Source: an uncultured Gemmatimonadaceae bacterium (GTDB lineage Bacteria; Gemmatimonadota; Gemmatimonadetes; Longimicrobiales; RSA9). Taken from it: DNA of 52,620 bases. Below, in pieces: positions 1 through 9,004 of the stretch. Position numbers and translations under genes: made by a program. The stretch spans positions 30,687 through 83,306 of the forward strand of contig CAYUIG010000001.1 of the NCBI GenBank assembly GCA_964444685.1, given 5' to 3'. The number at the start of each line of letters is the position of its first letter. Within the stretch, counting starts at the first letter, position 1. A model generated the notes under the pieces. That model saw only the letters and a program-made list of their open reading frames with translations. It did no database searches and was not told where the DNA came from.

Positions 1-810
1 GTGAACTACACCGACGATGACGGTGACACGCGCATCGAGCGGTTCCGGGTGTCATCGGATCCGAACGTGGCGGACGACGCGTCGTCGCAGCTCGTGCTCG
101 GCATCCAGCAGCCGTTCGGGAACCACAACGGCGGCATGCTCGCGTTCGGACCCGACCGGATGCTGTACATCGGCGCGGGCGATGGCGGCGGCAGCGGCGA
201 TCCCTTCGACCACGGCCAGAACACCGGCACCCTGCTCGGCTCGATCCTGCGCATCGACGTGGACCGCGGCACGCCGTACGCGATTCCGCCCGACAATCCG
301 TTCGCAGGGACGGCCGGCCGGCGCGGCGAGATCTGGGCGTACGGGCTGCGCAATCCGTGGCGCTTCAGCTTCGACGGCGGCAGTGGCACCCTGTGGATCG
401 CGGACGTGGGGCAGAACCGCTGGGAGGAGATCAACGTGCGCCCGGTCAACGAGGGCGGCCTCAACTACGGCTGGAACCTCATGGAGGGCGCGCACTGCTT
501 CACCAGCGGTTGCGACCCGTCCGGCCTCGTGCTCCCCGCGCACGAATACGATCACGGCCAGGGCTGCTCCGTCACCGGCGGATACGTGTATCGCGGCAAT
601 GCGATCCCTGCGATCCGCGGCCACTACTTCTACGGCGACTACTGCGCCGGCTGGGTGCGCAGCTTCCGCTGGGATGGCGCCGTGCGCGACGCACGACAGT
701 GGGAGTTCGGTTCGATCGGCAACATTCTCTCGTTCGGCGAGGATGCCGCGCGCGAGCTGTACGTACTGTCGTCGGACGGCCGCGTGTACCGCATCGTCGA
801 GGACCCATGA
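1..810 (+). CDS. PQQ-dependent sugar (glucose/sorbosone) dehydrogenase family protein, C-terminal part; 5' end cut by window edge
   Basis: ORF runs from the window start to TGA at 808-810. Translation carries GSDH beta-propeller motifs (NHNGGMLAFGPDRMLYIGAGDGG, YGLRNPWRFSFD). The stop overlaps the ATG of the next gene (ATGA). Confidence 0.8.
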   Translation: MNYTDDDGDTRIERFRVSSDPNVADDASSQLVLGIQQPFGNHNGGMLAFGPDRMLYIGAGDGGGSGDPFDHGQNTGTLLGSILRIDVDRGTPYAIPPDNPFAGTAGRRGEIWAYGLRNPWRFSFDGGSGTLWIADVGQNRWEEINVRPVNEGGLNYGWNLMEGAHCFTSGCDPSGLVLPAHEYDHGQGCSVTGGYVYRGNAIPAIRGHYFYGDYCAGWVRSFRWDGAVRDARQWEFGSIGNILSFGEDAARELYVLSSDGRVYRIVEDP

Positions 811-2072
811 CCGAGCACGCGGACGTCGTCGTCGTGGGCGCGGGGCCCGCCGGTCTCGCGGCCGCACGCAAACTGCGCGCAGCCGGGGCACGAGTGATCG
901 CGCTGGAGGCGCGCGACCGCATCGGCGGCCGCGTGTTCACGCGGCGTACGAATCGCGGTGCCGTCGAACTCGGCGCGGAGTTCGTGCACGGCAAGGCGCC
1001 GGAAACGGAAGCGCTCGCTCGTGAGGCCGGCATCGGGCTCGTGGAGGTCGAGGGCGCCGACTGGGTACGTACGGAGACCGGACTCGTGCGCGCGGAGGAC
1101 CGCGAGTCGGGACTGTCGGACGTGATGGATCGGATGGATCCGAAGCGCACGCCCGACCGGGCGTTCTCCGCGTTCCTCGAGGAACAGCGCGATCTCGATG
1201 ACGCCGCGCGACGGATGGCGTGGCGCTTCGTCGAGGGATTCCACGCGGCGGATGCAACACGTGCGAGTGTACGCGCTCTCGCCGAGGCCGGTGCGGAGGG
1301 TGCTCTCTCCGCGCGGCGCGTGCCGACCGGATACGACGGACTGCTCGCACCGATCGCGGCCTCGCTCGGTGCGTCGCTCAGGCTCGGCGCCGTCGTGCGC
1401 TCGGTCGAATGGCAGCGTGGCCGTGTCGTCGTTCGCAGCGCGGGACTCGAAGTCGAAGTGCGCGCCACGATCATCGCGGTGCCGCCGTCGGTGCTGCACG
1501 CACGCACGCGGCCGGGCGCGCTCCGCTTCCAGCCCGCGCTGCCCTCGGTGAAGCGCGCAGCCGGCGCCCTCGTTTCTGGCGACGTCGCACGCCTGACCAT
1601 CGCGGTCGACCCTGCACTCTGGGAGGCCTCACGTCCCGCGAATGCGGATGACCGGAGCTGGCCGCCGTCCTTCGTGCACACGCCGCGCGGGCGGTTCAAC
1701 GTGTTCTGGATCGTGGGTGACGACCGCATCGTGATGTGGAGCGGTGGGCCGCCCGCGAAGTCGCTGCTCGCGCTCGGAGCCGGCATGGGCGACGTCGCAA
1801 TGGAAGAGCTGTCGGCAGCGCTGGACGTGGACGTGCGACGGTTCGCGGGCGAGACATGGACGCACGACTGGCGTGCGGACCCGTTTGCGCGCGGCGCCTA
1901 CCCGTGGGTGCGTGTCGGTCGGTGGCGCGCGCCGGAGCGACTCATGCAGCCCATCGAGAGCACGCTGTACTTCGCGGGTGACGCGGCGTGCGCACTCGAT
2001 GCGATCGGCACCGTCGAGGGCGCGCTCACCTCCGGCGCGAGCGCAGCGCGCGAGCTGTTGAGCGCACTGTGA
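807..2072 (+). CDS. flavin-containing amine oxidase family FAD-dependent oxidoreductase
   Basis: ATG at 807 is in frame with track ORF 357..2072. The N-terminal Rossmann/FAD motif VVVVGAGPAGLAAARKL...LEARDRIGGRV is typical of amine-oxidase/protoporphyrinogen-oxidase-like proteins. A 4-nt ATGA overlap with the upstream gene suggests an operon. Confidence 0.8.
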   Translation: MTEHADVVVVGAGPAGLAAARKLRAAGARVIALEARDRIGGRVFTRRTNRGAVELGAEFVHGKAPETEALAREAGIGLVEVEGADWVRTETGLVRAEDRESGLSDVMDRMDPKRTPDRAFSAFLEEQRDLDDAARRMAWRFVEGFHAADATRASVRALAEAGAEGALSARRVPTGYDGLLAPIAASLGASLRLGAVVRSVEWQRGRVVVRSAGLEVEVRATIIAVPPSVLHARTRPGALRFQPALPSVKRAAGALVSGDVARLTIAVDPALWEASRPANADDRSWPPSFVHTPRGRFNVFWIVGDDRIVMWSGGPPAKSLLALGAGMGDVAMEELSAALDVDVRRFAGETWTHDWRADPFARGAYPWVRVGRWRAPERLMQPIESTLYFAGDAACALDAIGTVEGALTSGASAARELLSAL

Positions 2073-2075
2073 CGC

Positions 2076-2801
2076 CTACCGGTGCGGATTGGACTCGAAC
2101 GAGCCGTACATCGGGTTCGGTATGAGGAAGTAGCGGCGGCCGAACTCCGCGAACGCCGCGGCGTCGCCGGTGCGGGTCTGCTGGGTGAGGCCGGGGAAGT
2201 CCTGGATGTTGTCGCCGACCCACGCGATAACGCGCAGCGCCGGCAGATCGGCCGCTGTCGTTCCCTGCTGCACCGACTGGAAGCGCGGGTTCTTGTCGCT
2301 CGGTCCCGGCTGCCTGCAGAGCATCACGTCCACGCGGATCCCGAGAGCATCGAGGTTCCGGCGTGTGTCGGGGCACACCACCTCGTCCCGGTTCGTCACG
2401 ATGGCGACGCGTCCGCCGAGCGAGCGCACCAGTGAAATGAACGCACCGGACCCCGGAACTTCGGTGGCCGCCTCTTCGCGCACCCACGCGTTCCACGTTT
2501 CGTTGTCGAACGACGCGTTGCGTTCGGCGAGACGTCGCTGGTACTCGCTGTTGTCGAGCACGGTCTCATCCGCATCCAGGATCACCGCCCACGTGCCCGG
2601 CTCGAGCGAGTCCGCGGCGGCGCGGATGCGCTCCGAGGCGGCCCGGTACGTCTGGAACGCCGCCGCGCGGTACTCCGCCGAGTTGCGCACCCAGTGGATG
2701 TCCAGCGGGAGGCGCAGCTCCGTCGGGGACGGCTGGGCGGGAGCCGTGCGCGCTCCGCAGGCGGCGGTGATCAGGACCAGAGCGGGCAGGAGTCGCTTCA
2801 T
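2076..2801 (-). CDS. HAD-superfamily class B acid phosphatase / 5'-nucleotidase lipoprotein e(P4)-like
   Basis: Internal ATG (MKRLLPALVLITAACG) gives a lipoprotein signal peptide. The HAD motif I DADETVLDNSEY is present. The upstream 45 codons of the track ORF have no coding support. Confidence 0.8.
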   Translation of the reverse strand: MKRLLPALVLITAACGARTAPAQPSPTELRLPLDIHWVRNSAEYRAAAFQTYRAASERIRAAADSLEPGTWAVILDADETVLDNSEYQRRLAERNASFDNETWNAWVREEAATEVPGSGAFISLVRSLGGRVAIVTNRDEVVCPDTRRNLDALGIRVDVMLCRQPGPSDKNPRFQSVQQGTTAADLPALRVIAWVGDNIQDFPGLTQQTRTGDAAAFAEFGRRYFLIPNPMYGSFESNPHR

Positions 2802-2934
2802 GTCGGATCCGTGGTCGCGGTTACGCCCGTAGCGTACTGCACCGGCCCCGTCCCTGCCAAGGCGACCCCTTCCCGGCCGGCTCCGCGGCGGGATAGCTTG
2901 CTGCATCGCGTACTCCCACTTCCCGGAGGCCGTC

Positions 2935-3522
2935 ATGAAACGGTCGTGGCTCGCCGCTTTGCTTGTGCTGGTTGCCGCACCGCTGTCCGCTCAGACGCTG
3001 ACTCAGGAACAGCAGATCACCGCCGCGCTGCTGGCCGCGCCGGAAGACCTGCGAGAAGGGGCACGCGTGCTGGGCTGGCTCCCGGACGGGAAGGTGGTCG
3101 AGCTGCGCGCGGGCGCGAACGACATGGTGTGCATCAGCGACGATCCGCGCGACGATCAGTTCGAGGTGAGCTGCTATCATGAGACCCTCGAGCCGTACAT
3201 GGCGCGTGGCCGCGAGCTGCGCGCGCAGGGCGTCGAGAACACGCTCGAGCCGCGCTGGCAGGAGATCAAGGAAGGGAAGCTCGCGATGCCGGCTGAGCCC
3301 ACGACACAGTACGTGCTCGGCGGACACGAGGGAGCGCGCTTCGATCCGGCGACGGGCACCGCGCCGGGTGCTGTGCTGCGCTGGAACATCCACATCCCCG
3401 GCGCGACCGCAGAGTCGACCGGGCTCACGACGAAGTATGCGCCGGGCGCGCCGTGGATCATGTATCCGGGGACGCCGGGTGCGCACATCATGATCGTGCC
3501 GCCCATGCCGGGAGGGGAATGA
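2935..3522 (+). CDS. secreted hypothetical protein (signal peptide MKRSWLAALLVLVAAPLSAQ)
   Basis: GGAGG lies 5 nt upstream of the ATG. A clear Sec signal peptide is present. No recognisable catalytic motif. Confidence 0.55.
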   Translation: MKRSWLAALLVLVAAPLSAQTLTQEQQITAALLAAPEDLREGARVLGWLPDGKVVELRAGANDMVCISDDPRDDQFEVSCYHETLEPYMARGRELRAQGVENTLEPRWQEIKEGKLAMPAEPTTQYVLGGHEGARFDPATGTAPGAVLRWNIHIPGATAESTGLTTKYAPGAPWIMYPGTPGAHIMIVPPMPGGE

Positions 3523-3556
3523 GTCGGGAGTCGGGAGTCGGGAGTCGGGAGTCGAG
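3521..3556. repeat. 7-bp tandem repeat (GAGTCGG)x~5 immediately after the stop of the upstream gene
   Basis: Direct reading: gagtcgggagtcgggagtcgggagtcgggagtcgag. The reverse-complement partner motif occurs at 6451-6465. Confidence 0.9.
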
Positions 3557-3578
3557 TTTACTACGGGTGAGGTATCGT

Positions 3579-5606
3579 ATGCGGGTCATGCTGTGTGCTG
3601 CCGCGGTCGCGTTCGTCTCGGCTGCTCCGGTTGAGGCGCAGCGGGCGATGACGGTGGAGGATCTGTGGTCGTTCGGGCGAGTGGGCGCGCCGGTGGTGAG
3701 CCCGGACGGTCAGAGCGTCGCGTACACCGTCACGAACTACGATATCGAGGCGAACCGCGGGCGCACGGACATCTGGATCGCGCCCGTGGCGGGCGGCGAG
3801 CCGCGTCGCATCACTTCCTCGGCGTCGGGATCGTCGACTTCACCCGCGTTCTCGCCGGACGGGAGGTGGCTGGCGTTCACGTCGACACGCGGCGGTGACG
3901 GTCCGCAGCTCTACGTTCTGCCGCTGGAGGGCGGCGAGGCGCGTCGTGTCGCGACGTTGGAAGGCGGCGCGTCCGGACCGGTGTGGTCGCGCGACGGGAC
4001 GAAGATCCTCGTGGCGAGCGAAGTCTTTCCGGAGGGCGATCCGTCCGCGCGGCGGCTGCGCGAGCTCGCGGAGCGGGGCACGGGCGCGCGCGTGTACGAT
4101 GAACTGATGCACCGCCACTGGACCGACTGGGAAGATGGCATGCGGTCGCACGTGTTCGTCGTCGATGTGTCGTCGGGTGAGACGCGCGACATGACGCCCG
4201 GGCCGTACGACACGCCACCCATCGCGCTCGGCGGATTCCACGACTACGACCTGAGTCCCGACGGTACCGAGCTCGCGTTCGTGCGCAACACGGACGTGCC
4301 CACATCGGTCGGCACGGGCAACGACATCTGGATCGTGCCGGTGTCCGGCGGCGAACCGCGACTGCTCACGGACAACGATGCGAACGACACGTCGCCGGTC
4401 TACAGTCCGGACGGACGCTGGCTCGCGTGGCTTGCGATGGAAAGGCCCGGCTTCGAATCGGATCGCACGCGCCTCGTCGTCATGGACCGGCGCACGGGCG
4501 AACGGCGCGTGCTCACGGAATCGCTCGATCGGTCCGTTGGCGACTTCGCGTGGTCCGCCGATTCGCGCACGATCTGGTTCTCCGCGCAGGACATGCTCTG
4601 GAACTCGATCTACCGCGTGCCGGTCGGTGGCGGTGAGATCACGCAGGTGACCAGCGGTCATTTCGATGGCGCATGGGCGCTCACGCCTGACGGGCGCACG
4701 CTGGTGGTCGCGCGGCAGTCCAACGCGCGGCCGACCGAGCTCGTGGCGCTGGACGCGCGCGGCCGCGAGCTGCGCCGGCTCACGCACGTCAACGATGCAC
4801 TCGTGGCGCAGCTCGCTCTTCAGGAGGCGGAGCCGTTCTGGCATCCCGGCGCGAACGGCGACACGCTCCAGGGCTTCATCGTCCGGCCGCCCGACTTCGA
4901 TCCGTCACGCAAGTACCCGGTCGTGCTGCTCGTGCACGGCGGACCGCAGGGCGCATGGCTCGACCAGTTCCACTACCGCTGGAACACGAATCTCTTCGCA
5001 GCACCGGGTTACGTCGTCGTTGCTCTGAATCCGCGCGGTTCGACCGGGTACGGGCAGCGCATCACCGATGAGATCTCGCAGGACTGGGGCGGACGCGTGT
5101 ACGAAGATCTGATGAGCGGACTCGATTATGCGCTCGCGCAGTATGCGTTCATGGATGGGAATCGTGTGGCCGCCGCGGGCGGGTCGTACGGCGGCTACAT
5201 GATGAGCTGGTTCGAGGGACACACCGACCGCTTCCGCACGCTCATCAACCATGCGGGCGTGTTCAACACCGTGAGCATGTACGGCTCCACCGAGGAGCTC
5301 TGGTTCCCCGAGTGGGAGTTCGGCGGGACGCCCTGGGAGAATCGCGAACTCTACGACCGCTGGAACCCCGCCGACCACATCGCGGAGTTCCGCACGCCCA
5401 TGCTCGTGATCCACGGCGCGCTCGACTTCCGCGTTCCGCTCGAGCAGGGACTCCAGGCGTTTACGGCTTTGCGCCGGCGGGATGTGCCCGCCCGGCTCGT
5501 GTACTTCCCGGACGAAGGCCACTGGATCCTGCAGCCGCGGAATGCGCTCGTGTGGTGGGAAGAGGTGCACGGGTGGCTGGACAGGTGGCTTCGAGAGACA
5601 TCCTGA
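3579..5606 (+). CDS. S9 family serine peptidase (prolyl oligopeptidase/acylaminoacyl-peptidase-like) with N-terminal PD40/TolB-like beta-propeller
   Basis: ATG at 3579 is preceded by GGTGAGG and followed by the signal peptide MRVMLCAAAVAFVSAAPVEA. PD40 repeats (SPDGRWLAF) are present. The catalytic GGSYGGYM (GxSxGG) motif and C-terminal HG..D region fit the S9 alpha/beta-hydrolase domain. Confidence 0.85.
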   Translation: MRVMLCAAAVAFVSAAPVEAQRAMTVEDLWSFGRVGAPVVSPDGQSVAYTVTNYDIEANRGRTDIWIAPVAGGEPRRITSSASGSSTSPAFSPDGRWLAFTSTRGGDGPQLYVLPLEGGEARRVATLEGGASGPVWSRDGTKILVASEVFPEGDPSARRLRELAERGTGARVYDELMHRHWTDWEDGMRSHVFVVDVSSGETRDMTPGPYDTPPIALGGFHDYDLSPDGTELAFVRNTDVPTSVGTGNDIWIVPVSGGEPRLLTDNDANDTSPVYSPDGRWLAWLAMERPGFESDRTRLVVMDRRTGERRVLTESLDRSVGDFAWSADSRTIWFSAQDMLWNSIYRVPVGGGEITQVTSGHFDGAWALTPDGRTLVVARQSNARPTELVALDARGRELRRLTHVNDALVAQLALQEAEPFWHPGANGDTLQGFIVRPPDFDPSRKYPVVLLVHGGPQGAWLDQFHYRWNTNLFAAPGYVVVALNPRGSTGYGQRITDEISQDWGGRVYEDLMSGLDYALAQYAFMDGNRVAAAGGSYGGYMMSWFEGHTDRFRTLINHAGVFNTVSMYGSTEELWFPEWEFGGTPWENRELYDRWNPADHIAEFRTPMLVIHGALDFRVPLEQGLQAFTALRRRDVPARLVYFPDEGHWILQPRNALVWWEEVHGWLDRWLRETS

Positions 5607-5747
5607 CTGCGGGGGGCGGGAATCGGGAGGCGGTACGTCGGGAGGCGTACTGCGCCAACTGCGGGGGGGCGGCGGGTGACTGCGGGAGGCTTACTTCGGG
5701 AGGCCTGCTGCGGGGCTTAACTGCGGGAGGCTTACTGCGGGAGGTGG
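5606..5747. repeat. imperfect tandem array of ~14-bp units (CTTACTGCGGGAGG-like), about 6 copies
   Basis: Direct reading of 5611-5747: gactgcgggaggcttacttcgggaggcctgctgcggggcttaactgcgggaggcttactgcgggagg, preceded by cgggaggcggtacgtcgggaggcgtactgcg. A reverse-complement of CGGGAGGCG occurs twice at 6423-6444. Confidence 0.85.
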
Positions 5748-5854
5748 CATCGGAATGGTGGCTCGACTCGTAGATGGGTCGCTTGTCGGATCGCACGGCT
5801 ACTCTCGACTGAACAGCAGCGATCGAGGACAGTCCTTAACGTGAGAACGGTGAC

Positions 5855-6115
5855 ATGGCGATGAACGAGCGGGAACACAAGGCGTGGGAGCGTGCTCTGA
5901 CCGAGCGGTATGCGAAGCTGGCCGGGAAGATGGAGCAGCTCGATGATGAAGCTATTGAAAGGATCATGTACGGTCTCGCCAAGAATCTGGAGCGCGACGG
6001 ACTCTTGACAGAGGACGACGACCACCTGCTCCCCTACCTGCAGCTCGATTGGAAGTGGGGTCACCTGATGGATGAACCCGGCTTCTGGATTCCGGATACC
6101 GACCCGGCGTACTGA
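5855..6115 (+). CDS. small acidic hypothetical protein (86 aa), in a ~59% GC island
   Basis: Intact ORF with no better alternative in any frame. GC is clearly below the window average. The sequence is helical-looking and acidic (MAMNEREHKAWERALTERYAKLAGKMEQLDDEAIERIMYGLAKNLERD...). No recognisable family, so low confidence. Confidence 0.4.
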   Translation: MAMNEREHKAWERALTERYAKLAGKMEQLDDEAIERIMYGLAKNLERDGLLTEDDDHLLPYLQLDWKWGHLMDEPGFWIPDTDPAY

Positions 6116-6420
6116 TCAGGGCCACCTCGAAATACCGAGATGCCGCCTCTTCCGATGCGGTGAAACATGCCCCAACCCCGGGTCGCCGCGCTCGGGGGCA
6201 ACCGCGACCGCGCGTGGAGCGGTGACATTGACCCCGGCCGGCCCCGCGCGACACGTGGGGTCGGGTTGACCGCTCGACGCGCGGTCGATTCGACCCCAGC
6301 TCGCGATTTCGCCGGCTTGGGGTAAGGTTCACCGCAGCGGGACGCATGCCGCCCGCCGGCGGTCTCGATCGGGTCAGAGGTGCCTCGCTCAACGGGCCCT
6401 GCCACTCCCGCCGTTCGAAG

Positions 6421-6466
6421 TCCGCCTCCCGAATACGCCTCCCGCCGGTACCCGACTCCCGACTCA
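6421..6466. repeat. inverted partner copies of the CGGGAGGCG and GAGTCGG repeat motifs
   Basis: ccgcctcccg (6423-6432), cgcctcccg (6436-6444) and cccgactcccgactc (6451-6465) are reverse complements of the arrays at 5606-5747 and 3521-3556. The last copy overlaps the stop codon of the dipeptidase gene. Confidence 0.8.
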
Positions 6467-7756
6467 GTGGCCCTCGGCCACCGTTTCGACCTCACGCCAC
6501 ACCCTCAGCAGGTTGCCACCCCACAGCTTCGCGATGTCTTCCTCGGAGTAGCCGCGGCGCACGAGTTCGAGGGTGACGTTGAACGTCTCGGCTGCACTGT
6601 CCCAGCCGACGACGCCGCCGCCGCCATCGAAGTCGGAGCTGATGCCGACGTGGTCGATGCCGATGAGGTTGACGGCGTGGTCGATGTGATCGACGAAGTC
6701 GGACACGGTCGGCTCGGGATGCTGCTGCTGGATTTCAGCCATGCGGCTCTCGTAGTCAGCGCGCCGGTCCGCCGGGAGCGAGTCGAGCGAGCCGCGGCCG
6801 CGGATACCGAACTCCTCGCGCAGTGCACGCATCGCCTCCTGACGTTCGGGCTGCGCCTTCACGTACGCGGCGAACGCCACGGTCTGCATGACCCCGCCGT
6901 TCTCCGCGAGCGCGCGCAGCTGCTCGTCATCCATGTTGCGCGGGTGATCCGCAAGAGCGCGCGTGCTGGAGTGCGAAGCGATGACGGGTGCGCGCGATAC
7001 GCGCACGGCGTCGAGCATGGACTCCTTCGAGATGTGCGACACGTCCACCATGATGCCGAGCCGGTTCATCTCGACTACGACCTGCTCGCCGAACGGCGAG
7101 AGGCCGCCGTGCTCGGACTCGGGCTCGCCGTCGCGTGGCGTGGCGGAGTCTGCGATGTCGTTGTGGCCGCCGTGTGCGAGGGTGATGTAGCGCATGCCGA
7201 GACGGTGGTACTCCTCGAGCAGGGAGAGATCATTGCCGATCGGATAGCCGTTCTCCATGCCGATCGCCGCAACGAGCTTGCCCGCCTCGTGGATGCGCGC
7301 GACGTCGTCCGCCGTGTACGCGATCTCGATCTCATCCGGGCACAGTTCCTCGGCCATGCGATGGATGCCCTCGAACTTCCGCATGGCCTGCTGCTTCGCC
7401 TGCTCGTTGCCTTCCGGCGTGCGCGGGCCCTGGCCGACGTACACAATGAAGAACGCGACATCCAGCCCGCCCTCCTTCATCTTCGGAATGTCCACCTGCC
7501 GGTCCAGTGCGTTGCACGGATTGACTTCATCGCTGCCGAAGTCGAATGGGATGTCGTCGTGCGTGTCGATCGTCAGGACGCGTTCGTGGATGTCCCGTGC
7601 CCGGGCGACGAGTTCCTCTTCCGTCTCCTGCTCGCCGGCTCCGCATGCTGCGGCAAGGAGAGTCAGGAAGAGAATTTCACCGCAAAGGCGCAGAGGGCGC
7701 AGAGAGCTACCGGAGTCCCGACCCTGCCCGAATATCGACCCCTTCGATCCGTTCAT
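6464..7756 (-). CDS. membrane dipeptidase (peptidase family M19, renal dipeptidase-like), lipoprotein
   Basis: Internal ATG at 7756 (MNGSKGS...LFLTLLAAACGAG lipobox). Conserved M19 blocks are present: IDTHDD, HISKESMLDAVRVSRAPVIASHSS, DHVGISSDFDG. The 30 N-terminal codons of the track ORF have no support. There is no in-frame GTG/TTG nearer the signal peptide, so the ATG gives an unusually long n-region. Confidence 0.85.
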   Translation of the reverse strand: MNGSKGSIFGQGRDSGSSLRPLRLCGEILFLTLLAAACGAGEQETEEELVARARDIHERVLTIDTHDDIPFDFGSDEVNPCNALDRQVDIPKMKEGGLDVAFFIVYVGQGPRTPEGNEQAKQQAMRKFEGIHRMAEELCPDEIEIAYTADDVARIHEAGKLVAAIGMENGYPIGNDLSLLEEYHRLGMRYITLAHGGHNDIADSATPRDGEPESEHGGLSPFGEQVVVEMNRLGIMVDVSHISKESMLDAVRVSRAPVIASHSSTRALADHPRNMDDEQLRALAENGGVMQTVAFAAYVKAQPERQEAMRALREEFGIRGRGSLDSLPADRRADYESRMAEIQQQHPEPTVSDFVDHIDHAVNLIGIDHVGISSDFDGGGGVVGWDSAAETFNVTLELVRRGYSEEDIAKLWGGNLLRVWREVETVAEGH

Positions 7757-7796
7757 CGCGTTCCTCCGCGTCCTCTGAGTCTCTGTGGTGAATTGT
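7673..7796. repeat. palindromic repeat element copy 1 (arms ~35 bp, ~124 bp total) spanning the dipeptidase start codon
   Basis: The left arm aatttcaccgcaaaggcgcagagggcgcagagagc (7673-7706) and right arm cgcgttcctccgcgtcctctgagtctctgtggtgaattgt (7757-7796) are inverted relative to each other. The arms are about 80% identical to those of the element at 13897-14007. Confidence 0.7.
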
Positions 7797-7876
7797 CGTC
7801 GGCTGAGGCGAGCCCATAGCTTGGGCAAAACGCGTCGCCGGGGCAATGGGCGCGGATCCTGCTAAGGTCGCGCAGC

Positions 7877-8698
7877 ATGATCGAAAGAAAGGTCCACCGG
7901 ACGGCGGAGCGGCTGCCCGTGATCGGGCTCGGCACGTGGCGCGTGTTCGATGTCGGCCGCGCGGAGCGCGTGCGCGCGCCACTGCGCGAGGTGCTTCGTC
8001 ATTTCGTGGCGTGCGGCGGGCGTGTGATCGACACGTCGCCGATGTACGGTGACGCCGAGACCGTGGTCGGCGACCTCGTCGCGGAGCTGCGCGTGCGCGA
8101 CCGGGTGTTCATCGCGACGAAGGTATGGACACGCGGGCGCGCGAGCGGGATCTGGCAGATGGAGGAATCGCTCCGCAAGCTGCGCATCGCACGCGCGGAC
8201 CTGATCCAGGTGCACAACCTCCTCGACGCGGAGATCCATCTCGAGACGCTGAAGGAGTGGCGGCGTGCGGGGCGGGTGCGGCTGCTCGGGATCACGCACT
8301 ACGAACGCGGCGGCCACGAACACCTCGAGCGGCTGATGCGCTCCCACGAGCCGGACTTCATCCAGGTGAACTATTCCGTCGCGGAGCCGGAGGCGGCGGA
8401 GCGGGTGCTCCCGCTCGCGGATGAGCTCGGGATCGCCGTGATCGTCAACCGGCCGTTCGGCGGCGGCAGACTCGTGACTCAGCTTGCGCGTCGGCCACTA
8501 CCGGGGTTCGCCGGCGAGCTTGGCTGCCGCTCATGGGCGCAGCTCCTGCTCAAGTGGATCATCGCCGACAGGCGCGTCACCTGTGTGATTCCTGCCACCT
8601 CAAACCCGCAGCACGTCGTGGAGAACTGCGCCGGTGGTGACGAACCACTGCCGGACGCCGGCCTGCGCGACCTGATCATGGAGGCCGCGCGCGCATGA
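7877..8698 (+). CDS. aldo/keto reductase family oxidoreductase
   Basis: AKR motifs GLGTWRVFD, IDTSPMYGDAE and LIQVHN are present, and length (273 aa) is typical. Confidence 0.85.
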   Translation: MIERKVHRTAERLPVIGLGTWRVFDVGRAERVRAPLREVLRHFVACGGRVIDTSPMYGDAETVVGDLVAELRVRDRVFIATKVWTRGRASGIWQMEESLRKLRIARADLIQVHNLLDAEIHLETLKEWRRAGRVRLLGITHYERGGHEHLERLMRSHEPDFIQVNYSVAEPEAAERVLPLADELGIAVIVNRPFGGGRLVTQLARRPLPGFAGELGCRSWAQLLLKWIIADRRVTCVIPATSNPQHVVENCAGGDEPLPDAGLRDLIMEAARA

Positions 8699-9004
8699 AC
8701 TACGGCGGATCGCCGCTCTCGCGGAAGGACAGCGCCGGACCCATCAGCGCCTCGACGCCCTCGAGCACGGACTGCTCGCCGTGAACGAACGGTTGGATCG
8801 CTTCAGCGAAGAAACCCGGCAGCGATTCCGCGTCCTCGGGGAGCGCGTGGCCGGAATCTAGAAGCGCATCGTCGCCTGACCGGAAAGACCCAGGCGCCTT
8901 CCGGTCGTCCGACCCGGCGGAAGATCGTCCCGCCTCCAATTGCCAGTCCGCCCGATTCCCTACATACTCGATGCTGGATCGTTGGAAGCCCCATGGAGGC
9001 CTTC

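Noticed and set aside
17-1786. Several 280-570-aa ORFs overlapping the first two genes in other frames (17..1024 +, 52..891 -, 572..1786 -)
   Set aside because: Ala/Arg/Pro-rich translations with no motifs. This is the typical antisense or alternate-frame shadow of 70% GC coding DNA. The real genes in these spans have clear family signatures.
3521-5747. Tandem repeat arrays as a CRISPR array
   Set aside because: Units are 7-14 bp with no interspersed unique spacers and no cas genes.
6116-6463. Possible tRNA or other structured RNA in the 350-bp convergent gap (ggtcgattcgacc looks T-arm-like)
   Set aside because: No acceptor/anticodon arrangement could be built. The loop is 3 nt rather than 7. 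The stretch remains unexplained but I cannot call a feature.
8700-8939. 79-aa minus-strand ORF in the aldo-keto-reductase/M16 intergenic region
   Set aside because: No start context and no motifs. It is more likely non-coding leader sequence of the M16 operon.
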